Of a stretch of 64,000 nucleotides of DNA, positions 53,394 to 64,000 are shown piece by piece; the first letter of the stretch is position 1; each line of letters opens with the position of its first letter. Made by a program: the position numbers and the translations under genes. Source of the DNA: Octopus sinensis (lineage: Eukaryota); the NCBI RefSeq assembly GCF_006345805.1, contig NC_043022.1, forward strand, positions 9,920,001-9,984,000, read 5' to 3'. Under the pieces are notes generated by a model, which was not told the DNA's origin, made no database searches, and worked only from the letters and a program-made list of their open reading frames with translations.

Positions 53394-54901
53394 CTAATTT
53401 AGTTCATTTTCATTGAGGCCCAAAACTGCCCTAAGAATTTTGTCAAGTCTCAAAACTTTCATATCAGATCCAGACTCTGTTTTTGGCTATGTTTTGTGTG
53501 ACAATACTCACTCTGTTCTCTCTCTCTCTCTCTCTCTCTTTCACACACACACACACACACACACACTGAGTATAACAATATTTCTTTGATGATTTTATTT
53601 TCCCAGTTTGCCCATCGTGGACTCCATATAGCTGCTTACTCAAAACTCTTAACCTGCATCAAAGGTTCAGTTTACGATGTGGTTGTTGACACGCGACCAG
53701 ACTCCAGCACTTACCTTCAATGGGTAGGTGTAACTCTGAGTGAAGAGAATGGGTACCAGCTACTCGTACCCCCTGACTGTGGACATGGTTACCTAGCCCT
53801 GGAGGAGGGCTGTGCAGTTGTCTACTGCCAGGTAAGCTTTCTATTTTCTTTGCTAAATTCCTTTATTCATATCATGTTTATACAAACAAGGTGAGCATAC
53901 CAATGAAGTTGTAGATTGTGAGTTCAAATCTGTTGGTGCATATTACTCTTTACATGGGTCTATGCAGAACACTTGGGAAAAGCAGGGATCAAATTATCAG
54001 GAAAGGTTCAGCCTAAGCCCACACTCTATCAATCATCTTGATGTGATTTGCAATTGGATTCCAACTCTTTATCTTCTGAGTTCAAATGCTACCGAAGTCA
54101 ACTTTACTTTCATGTTTTGGGGGTTAATAAATAAAGTACCAGTCAAGTGCTGGGGTCAACATAATTAACTAGCACCTTTCTTCCTAAAATTGCAGACCTC
54201 ATGCCAAAGTTTAAAACCTTTGGTTACTATTGCATCTGGAATATGAAATGATCAACTGGACAAGCTTACTGGTATGGGTAGCCAAGACAAAGCTCTGTTA
54301 ATATACATAAAATTATTAGTGTCATCAAATATAAACCTCACTGAATGTGGAAGGCTGTTTCTATTGATAATGTGTATTAGACAATTCACTGTTTCTCACA
54401 AATCTCACACACACAAGCATATTATATATAGTATATGTATAGTACCCATGTGTAGTGTATACTATGTATATATACAAATTGAGATAGGGGTTGCAAATTC
54501 AACCCTCCATGGGATAACATATATCCAATATACTGCTAGTGAAGTACCCAACAAAGTTAATCCATAAATGTTAAGAATTGCGATGCAATTAATTCATTTA
54601 CTGTATTACATGGGCAAAGGTAAAATTATTTTTACCATAAATTAATAATACAAAATCAGAAAATGGAGAAATACATCTAAATCATTAATCAACTACCAGA
54701 TAATACCCAATCACATATTATATTTATTTATTTATATCCTCTTATAATGATTGTACCTATTGTATTGTATTACTCATTCATGTACGCTGTTTTGTTTAAC
54801 CTTAATGTTCTTATGTAGTGGTTCAATAAAGTATGTGATTGGGTATTATCTGGTAGTTGATTAATGATTTAGATGTATTTCTCCATTTTCTGATTTTGTA
54901 C

Positions 54902-54990
<89 letters not shown>

Positions 54991-56148
54991 CATATGGAAG
55001 TGTTTAATTACCCTGTGAGAGAATTTTTGGTCTTTTTTTTTTTTGTCTTTGTCAGTAAATGTTATTTTTTATTTGCCTCAATCTAGAAATCAAAGGAAAT
55101 CACCACTGTTTCCTTCAAACTTTGCTTTTGTGACCTGGATATCAATGTTTTGAAACTGACCTATTTTCCATTACATTTCAATATCACAGATTTGCTTGTC
55201 AGTTGCTTGAGTGAGTTGCTTAGTGGCTGACAATATGAGGGGAAGCTGAAAAGTTCTTGGCTTTAAGGGTATTGTGAAAGGCCTGGTTGAAGGCCCAAAC
55301 TTTCAAGTTTTTTTACTGGGCTTAGAAAAACTGAAGGACCACTATAATAAGTGTGTGAATCTGAGCATGTTGCTCTGGCCCCAATCTCACTCATATGGTA
55401 CTCCTAGCGCTCCACTAGCATGGATGCCAGTCATTGAACTTGATTTCAATTTTGATTTGTATTATTATTTTTTTTCTCTTCTACTTATTGCAATCACTAG
55501 ACTGCAGCCATACTTGAAAATTTTTTAGTCAAATAAATCAACCTCAGTTCTTATTTTTTGCTCTTTCTTTAAGCCAATTTTTTCACCTGTTTCCAAGTAA
55601 GGTAATATTTCCCCATGACCAGACATGTTTTCATGGAAGATTGGAAATGAAGGGAGCTGCTTGTATCATTATGGTGACATGTTTACACCAATCGTGTGAT
55701 GTTAAGACAAGTAGATGATTACACACACCCACACACATGCACACATGCACATATATTTTTCTTTGTTTTTACTGTCATTTGTTTTTACTGGAGCCATGAT
55801 GGGGCACCGCCTTAAGAAATTTTACTCAAATAAATCAATCCCAGTACCTTTTTTTGCTTGATTTTATTTTAAAGCCAGGTACTTCATCTATTGGTCTATT
55901 CTACCAAACAGCAAAATTACGTGGAAGTAAACCCACCAACACCGGTTGTCAGACAGTGCTGGAGGGCAAACACTGATACAAAGACACACACACTCACACA
56001 TATACACAGTTTCCAAATCCACTCACAAGGTTTTGATTGTCCCAAGGCTGTAGTATAAAAAACACTTGTTTGTGTGCCACAGTGTGACTGAACCTGAAAC
56101 CATATGGTTGGGAAGCAAGTTTCTTACCGTATAGCCACACCTGCACCC

Positions 56149-56188
<40 letters not shown>

Positions 56189-56485
56189 GTATATATATAC
56201 ACATATACAGTGGGCTTCTTTCAGTTTCCGTCTACCAAATCCATTCACAAGGCTTTTACTGGCCCAAGGCTACAGTGAAAGACATTTGCCCAAGGTGCCA
56301 CACAATGAGACTGAACTCTGAACCATGTGGTTGGGAAGCAAGCTTCTTACCACACATGTATACATACGTACATACAGACATATATACATACATACATACA
56401 TACATACATACATACATACATACATACATACATACGTACATACAGACATATATAAATACATACATATATACATACATACATATAT

Positions 56486-56519
<34 letters not shown>

Positions 56520-56588
56520 GTACGTACGTACGTACATACATACATACATACATACATACATACATACATACATACATACATACATACA

Positions 56589-56619
<31 letters not shown>

Positions 56620-58941
56620 TTGACAGGCTTCTTTTAGTTTCTAACAAATCTGCTCACAAGGCTTTTGTCAAATCTGTAATATTTTTTTTATATTTTCAAT
56701 CTTTTCTTTATGCTTTTATTTAATTTTTTTTTTATATATATTTATTTTAAAAGTGATAAAGAAACGAAATCTCCAGAACTAAATTCTTAAATTCTTTTTA
56801 TGTTTCTTGGATATTTTTTTTCTAGGGTGGATGTTTTCTGCCATCTGTTCCTGAAAAAGCTGTCCATTTGTTTGATAAAGCTGTATCAATTGATTGGCCT
56901 TTTATTGATCAGAAAAGCAATTTTCTGATATCAGAAAAGGATTCAAAAGTGCCCTTCTTAGAGGTGGATATTGAAAAATTTAAACCCAATCGCAAAAGAA
57001 TTCTAATTATTTCTTCAAAAGGTCAAGGTGAGTGATTTTCTTTCAAGCTGAATGGTGAGGTGGAGATACTCTTTAAAGGTCCAGGTGGGAAATTCTCTTC
57101 AATGGTCAAGGTGGGGAGATGACTATTTTTAAAGGTCAGTAGCAAGGAGGACAATTTTTTTTTACCCTTCAAATATGAAATTAAAGGGGTCGTGAGTTGA
57201 TGGATTAGATGAATTGATAGGGACCAATGAGCCAGTGATTTTCTTCAAAGGTCAAGAGTGGGGGAGGTGACTATCATTAAAGATCAGTGGTAGGGAGGGT
57301 GATTCTCTTTTCTCCTTTAACTGTGAAATTAAAGGGGTCATGAGTTGATGGGTTTAGAAGGAGAGTGGTAGATGGATAAAGATGGCTAGAGGTGAGGGCC
57401 AGTGAATGGTGGATACAGGTGGAGTCATGCTCCATGGTGAACTACCAGAGGCTTTTTGGGGGGTGGGGATGAGAAGGTGGAGGCAGTAAGAGGCAGTATA
57501 GATGATGTGAAGTGTGGGTAGTATGCGAGAGATGCTCAGTGATGTCAGAAGTACATGGGGGTGGAAACAGTAGGAGACAAACAGAAGTAATGGGGAGCTG
57601 TGATTAGCAAAATGTGAGGGTGTTCAGGGAAAAAAGTGGAGGTTAAAGGGCCATTCAGGGAAACATAAAGTGGTAAGGAATTACACTTAAAATATATTTG
57701 ATACTTAACTGGCTCTCTGTCAGTTATAACAACAAGGTTTCCAGTTGATCCGATTAACAGAACAACCCACTTATTAAGTTAACATGCAGGTGGCTGAGCA
57801 CTTCATGGATACCTGTACCCTTAATGTAGTTCTCAGGGAGATTCAGAGTGACACAAGATGTAACAAGGCTGGCTCCTTTGAATCACAGGTGCAACTCATT
57901 TTTATCAGTTGAATGGACTGGAGCAATATGATATAAAGTACCTTGCTTAAGGGCACAACATGCTGCCAGGGATTGAACTCAAGACCTTATGATCATGAGC
58001 TGAATACCGTAATCCCTAAGCCATGTCCCTTCACTATATTTGGTAATAGCTTAAAAGCCACACTCCATGTGACCTCTTAAGCTAGCTCCTACAGAGGGTT
58101 AATTGGACCCGCTGCCCAAAACTAAAGACAGCTAAAAAGCATGATTATAACACGTCTATGATGAGTATATGCCCCGGTGGTGTTTGATCAGAGGTTAAGG
58201 ACAGATGAGAATTAATTCTGTAATGCAATCATTCTATTGTCCCAATCCCAAGTTGAGTTCAAACCATTGGCCAATTTGTCCAAAAGTCCTCATCTCAATG
58301 TAAAATTAACAAAGGGAATGTCATTTATCTCCCCCTTGATTTCTGATGTCATCTGACAAATGCCAACCAAGAAGGCATGAATCAGCTAAACTTTCCCTGC
58401 TAGAAATAGCAGCACAAATGCTTTTAAATCAAATCCCTATACTGGATAGTCAAGAACCAAACGAAGGGAAAATTTTCTATCCTGGGATCCTCCTGACTCC
58501 AAAAAGGTATATGTCTATGTAGAGCCAATGTAGGCTGAGATACAAGGGTCCCAGATATTTGTAATGCTCTCTACACCATTTTTCTCTTTATTTCCAGTTG
58601 GAAGTACATTCTACAGGCTGCTAAAAGAATGCAATGACAAATATGTAGTTATTGGCACTTGCCACACAGATAATGATCCTCAACATTACAAATTTGATTT
58701 GGAAATTGCTGGAAAGTAGGTTTTAGTTACTCTTTTTTTTTTTATTCTTTTACTTGTTTTCAGTCATTTGACTGTGGCCATGCTGGAGCACTGCCTTTAG
58801 TCAAGCAAATCGACCCCAGGACTTATTCTTTGTAAGCCTAGTACTTATTCTATAGGTCTCTTTTGCCGAACTGCTAAGTTACGGGGACGTAAACACACCA
58901 GCGTCGGTTGTCAAGCGATGTTGGGGGGACAAACACAGACA

Positions 58942-58982
<41 letters not shown>

Positions 58983-60925
58983 GATGGGCTTCTTTCAGTT
59001 TCTGTCTACCAAATCCCACTCACAAGGCTTTGGTTGGCCTGAGGCTATAGTAGAAGACACTTGCCCAAGGTGCCATGCAGTGGGACTGAACCCAGAACCA
59101 TGTGGTTGGTAAGCAAGCTACTTACTACACAGCCACTCCTGTATTGTTTTTTTTTTCTAAATTTTTCTATGATATTTTGGAATTCTATTTGTATGATGTA
59201 TACTATTACACCATTAGAAAATATATCCTTGCACAGTCAGACGCAGTACTGCCATTATGTCTCCATTACACACAATATGAGGGGTCGCTACAAAGTTTCT
59301 GGCTTTAAGGGTATTGCAAAAGGCCTGGTTGGAAGCTCAACCTTCCAAGTTCTTTTACATGGCTTAAAGAAACTGAGAGTTATATAGTGGGCACCTTTTA
59401 ATATCGCTGAAAGGTTCCCTGTCTACAAATCATCACTGGGCTTATGGAAAGAGATTATCCTAATCCAGCTGCCTGTTTGTGTGTCTGTGTTTGTCTCCCC
59501 AACATCGCTTGACAACCAATGTGGTTGGTAAGCAAGCTACTTACCACACAGCCACTCCTGTGCCTATATACATATATAATCACACACACACTTGGATATA
59601 CATAATGTGTGTATACATGTGTGTTTGTGTATGTGTGTGCCTTTTATGTGACATCGAAACAGGGGCTTTTATGTGCCACCAGCATATGCTTCTTTTACGT
59701 GCCACCAGCATTAGCCATGGCTACAATTTCACTTGGCTTGACATGCCTTCACAAGCACAGTAACTCACCAAAGGTCTCTATTACTTGTCATTGCCTAATT
59801 GCTATAGCTATAGATATGATTGTGTGGTTTTGTGATGTAGTGTTTGGTCCACAATAGACCTAAGCTGACCAATGTTTTATCAACAACTTGCTCAATAGAA
59901 CTTGTAAAATTCTCATTCTGTGTATGTATGCTTTTCATGTATGTATGTATGTGTGTTTGTGTCTATACATATATGTGTGTATGTATATGTACACACACAC
60001 AGAAATATACGTATACTCTTTTACTCTTTTACTTGTTTCAGGCATTTGACTGTGGCCATGCTGGAGCACCGCCTTTAGTCGAACAAATCAAACCCAGGAC
60101 TTATTCTTTGGAAGCCTAGTACTTATTCTATCGGTCTCTTTTGATGAACTGCTAAGTTACAGGGACATAAACACACTAGCATTGGTTGTCAAGCGATGTT
60201 GGGGGGATAAACACAGACACACAAACATATACACACACATACATATATATATAAATACATACATACGACAGGCTATTTCAGTTTCTGTCTATCAAATCCA
60301 TAAGGCTTTGGTTGGCCCGAGGCTATAGTAGTAGACACTAGCCCAAGGTGCCATGCAGTGGGACAGAACCTGGAACCATGTGGTTGGTAAGCAAGCTACT
60401 TACCACACAGCCACTCCTGCGCCTATATACACATATAATCACACACACACTTGGATATACATAATGTGTGTGTGTGCATACATGTGTGTTTGTGTATGTG
60501 TGTGCAAATGTACATGTGTGTGCGTGTGTGTGTGCGTGTGCCTGTGTGTGTGTGCATGTGTGTGTTTGTGTGTGTGCATGTATATGTACATGCTTGTGTG
60601 TGTGTGTGTGTGTGTGTGCTCATATGTCCCTCTGAGTCTCTGTGTGAATGTTTTACATTCTGCTCTGAGCTGATCTCTGATGGTGAATTTTTGTTGAAAG
60701 GTTCCCTGTCTACAAATCATCACTGGGCTTATGGAAAGAGATTATCCTAATCCAGCTGCCTGTTGTATTGCGAATAACAACAGTGTAATGCACTAATCTC
60801 TGTTCTGTTTTTATTACAGGGACCCAGCATATGTGAACCTGCTTTTGGATGCCTGCAAACCCCATGTGGTCATTGTATGTGGGGCCATGGTCAATGCAAA
60901 CTTGTGTGAATCACAAACAGAATTG
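49135..60925 (+). CDS. Spliced gene, 3'-incomplete: RmlC-like NDP-4-keto-6-deoxyglucose 3,5-epimerase fused to RmlD-like 4-reductase
   Basis: Exons 49135-49302, 53607-53831, 56826-57027, 58598-58715 and 60820-60925 have GT-AG boundaries and matching phases (0,0,1,2). The joined protein has RmlC motifs [50 protein letters not shown], followed by RmlD-like [28 protein letters not shown]...CES. Confidence 0.9.
49887..50434. mobile_element. Tc1/mariner-type MITE with ~200-bp TIRs in intron 1 of the RmlC-RmlD gene
   Basis: CAGGGTTATTCAAAAAGAATGAA...TTCATTCTTTTTGAATAACCCTG followed by TA. Confidence 0.85.
53607..53831 (+). CDS. rmlC: RmlC-domain exon 2 (catalytic cupin core)
   Basis: [75 protein letters not shown]; tcccag acceptor, gtaagc donor, 225 nt, phase 0/0. 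Confidence 0.93.
56826..57027 (+). CDS. Exon spanning the RmlC C-terminus, a linker and the first RmlD beta-strand
   Basis: [67 protein letters not shown]; acceptor ttctag, donor gtgagt, ends in phase 1. Confidence 0.88.
58598..58715 (+). CDS. rmlD: RmlD-domain exon ([39 protein letters not shown])
   Basis: Polypyrimidine tract plus ccag acceptor, gtaggt donor; phase 1 in, phase 2 out; continues the Rossmann fold (GQVG, helix, VIGT, FDL). Confidence 0.82.
60820..60925 (+). CDS. rmlD: RmlD-domain exon ([36 protein letters not shown])
   Basis: ctaat branch-like site, tacag acceptor, gtttgt donor; resembles the RmlD/SDR segment D...V..ll...kPDvVin.aA...vd.cEs.pel. Confidence 0.82.
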
Positions 60926-61026
60926 GTTTGTTGCACTTTAATTCATTGTTGCTTAGTTAGTGTTGATGTTGTTGTTGTTATTGAAATAGTTATCTTCGTC
61001 TTTGTGTGTGAGTAGGTGTGTGTGCA

Positions 61027-61062
<36 letters not shown>

Positions 61063-61228
61063 GCGTTAGGAAGGGCATCCAGCTGTAGAAGCACTGCCAG
61101 ATCAAACTGGAGCCTGGTACAGCCTCCTGGCTTTCCAGACCCCAGTCGAACCGTCCAACCCATGCTAGCATGGAAAACGATGATGATGATGATGTTTATA
61201 TATATGTATATATCTATCTATCTATCTA

Positions 61229-61266
<38 letters not shown>

Positions 61267-61802
61267 TATATATATATATATATATGCATATATATATATA
61301 TATATATATGCATATATATATATATGAAAAAACAAGTCAGGATAGAAAATGCTAAAATAATTTTATAAAGAACATGCCAGTCATTGAGACTTTTTCAGCT
61401 GTAACAATTAAATAATTGTTAAAATGGTAGAGGAGTAGGGGCCAAAACCGGACGTGGTTCCTCCTGATGATATCTTGAGCTAACTGGATCCTATAAAGGA
61501 GCTGCTATGGTAGCAGACCACGAAAAACGGTTGTAATTCCCCTATATATATATGTATAGGTGCAAGCATGGCTGTGTGGTAAGAAGCTTGCTTCCCAACC
61601 ACATTGTTCAGAGTTCAATCCCACTGTGCAACACTTTAGGCAAGTGTCTTCTACTATAGACTCAGACTGACCAAAGCCTTGTGAGTGGATCTGGTAGGCG
61701 GAAACTGAAAGAAGCCCCTCATATGTATGAATGAATATGAATGAATTTGTTGAACTCTGTTAAATAATTTAAATCATATACTTAATATATATATATATAT
61801 AT

Positions 61803-61868
<66 letters not shown>

Positions 61869-61973
61869 CAAGTAGAAAGATATATTTTTCCAACACATCA
61901 ATACTGAATAGTATATATAAAGGATAAGATCCTTTTAAGAGCAGAAAAATTTGCCAGCAACCAGCCATGACGT

Positions 61974-62023
<50 letters not shown>

Positions 62024-62519
62024 TGTATAAGTTCAGTAAAAATTTAGATTCAGTTGAATATGGTACTTAAGTTAAAGGCACCAGAATTTGGTATGGTATT
62101 ATCCATATAAATCAAAATGGGGTGATTATAATAAAAATAAGCAACAAGGATATCCAGAGGTAATGCAATACGATCGTTTCATGCGACACACACACAAGCA
62201 TGTTCACTTTCCAGACATTTCTACATTACTGCATGTACTTTATATGCACTTTCTGACAAGTTGTGGTGCACCTGAGCACTGTATACAATAATTTCATTAT
62301 TATTTTCATTTAATTAAACAATGCAAATATTACACCAGTTTTAAAATGTAGAGCAATCTTCAGCTGCGTATGGAATTTTTTAGTTAAATTGAAAAGATTC
62401 ATTTTTATACTTATTCCATTTACCAACATTACAAAGAGGGTAAGTAGGTAGACAGAGAGACCAGTCTCATCAACAGAAACATGGTAGTAAATGATCTTTT
62501 TTCATGGATACACTACTTA

Positions 62520-63025
62520 TTCAAAAGAATACCCTCCATCAGGCATTTGCCATATTCTGAATGCCTTACTTCCCTGGGCATGGACACATTGAAACTCTGA
62601 CATCTGGCAGCTGACTTGACAGACACCCATAAAATTATTAACCATCTTACAAACAATAACTCTGAGCACCTTTTCAAACTCCACCCGTCTAACACCCGTG
62701 GACATATTTACAAAGTCAGAAAACAGTACAGCTCCCATGACTTTCAGAAACATTTTTTCATGCTGAGAGTTGCTGAAGCATGGAACAAACTGCCGGCATC
62801 AGTTGTTAGTTGTCAGAGCACTGCATCCTTCAAAACTTCCATGCTTTCTGAGATTCGCCAACACTACACCTGATTTTCTCCTCTCCATACACACACAAGC
62901 ATGTATCTGACTCATACATTGTTCACTTTCCAGACATTTGTATATTACTGCATATACTCTATACGCACTTTCTGACAAGTTGTGGTGCACCTGAGCACTG
63001 TATACAATAATTTCATTATTATTAT
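62520..63025 (+). mobile_element. CR1/L2-type LINE 3' end; related pieces at 21985-22110 (-), 24885-25100 (+), 18520-18720 (-)
   Basis: NTRGHIYKV...FFMLRVAEAWNKLPASVV...SFK; tail duplicated at 62200-62305. Confidence 0.75.
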
Positions 63026-64000
63026 CACTGAATTTACTTTGTTATTTAGATTTACTATTTCATCTTGGTTACCTCCCTTCCATTATATTTTTAAATATTT
63101 TAAAGGTTTTTTTTTATATGTGTGCTAATTAATACCTTATTTACTGGGAATATTCTCATAAAAAGTTCTTCTAAATCCCCTTAATTAATATTCAAAACCT
63201 GATAATGAATAGATAATAATATCCATGTTATTTAGTCTCTAGTTTTATAATGGTCTTATTAGTAATAAAAATTTTAACAAATAGTTTGATCATTTCTTCA
63301 CCCAATATTAAACACTAATCTTGCATGACAACTCCCATGATAAATAAATATTAATTTTAGTCTAGTAATTATAAAATTATAATGTAATTATTAAGTGTTT
63401 TCTTATAGCAGCTTACCTTGCCTATTATAAATAAGCTAGGTATATCCTATAATAAGTTTTAGAATGCAAATCTAGTCTACCCCTTATCTACTATATTCTA
63501 AAATAATTTCATTTTTCAATTTACTGATTTAAATTTCCTTCAATAAAATTTTAAACCATTTTATCTTACTCATTTACCCACTATATCATTTTGCTGATAA
63601 TACATTTCTATTAGATTCATACTTAACCTATACAGAATGATACTGTTATAATTCACTATCTATTTTATAGCACAAGTAAATACATTCTAAAGTCATTAAC
63701 ATGCAGAAAATAAATGAAACCAATGTTTCTTTGAATGTAACCATCCTATTTATGAGGTTAATATATCCTCTAAGCAACTACATACATATATATATCATCA
63801 TCATCGTTTAATGTCCGTTCTCCGTGCTAGCATGGGTTGGACGGTTTGACTGGGGATCTGGGAAGCCAGAAGGCTGCACCAGGCCCAGTCTGATCTGGCA
63901 GTGTTTCTACAGCTGGATGCCCTTCCTAACGCCAACCACTCCGTGAGTGTAGTGGGTGCTTTTTACGTGCCAGACGAGGCTGGCAAACGGCCACAATCAG

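Noticed and set aside
49135-60925. Bacterial contamination as the source of the rml-like sequence
   Set aside because: The coding sequence is split by spliceosomal introns filled with host SINEs and MITEs.
63050-63780. Possible highly decayed Penelope RT on the - strand
   Set aside because: Only faint motif echoes with many stops; not supportable without an alignment.

Overview
AT-rich, repeat-dense animal genomic DNA. The SINE, RTE-tail and microsatellite landscape points to an octopus genome (inference). The main host gene is a + strand, intron-containing gene (49135 to beyond 60925, continuing past the window). Five phase-compatible exons encode a complete RmlC-type cupin (dTDP-4-dehydrorhamnose 3,5-epimerase) fused in frame to the start of an RmlD-type reductase, i.e. 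the last two steps of NDP-L-rhamnose synthesis in one animal protein. Also present are the first coding exon of a probable COX6A gene (- strand, 13875-13953) and weak candidate 3' exons of an unidentified + strand gene (147-10765). The rest is mobile DNA: a near-complete RTE LINE (one frame, three nonsense codons) and many copies of its 3' tail; head-to-tail non-autonomous Helitron pairs forming a large inverted repeat; several Penelope-like elements, including a ~4.4 kb head-to-head palindrome and minimal hammerhead ribozyme motifs; a Gypsy gag-protease remnant; mariner/Tc1 pieces, MITEs, CR1-type tails and tRNA-derived SINEs. Short fold-back inverted repeats recur around the Penelope-related sequence.
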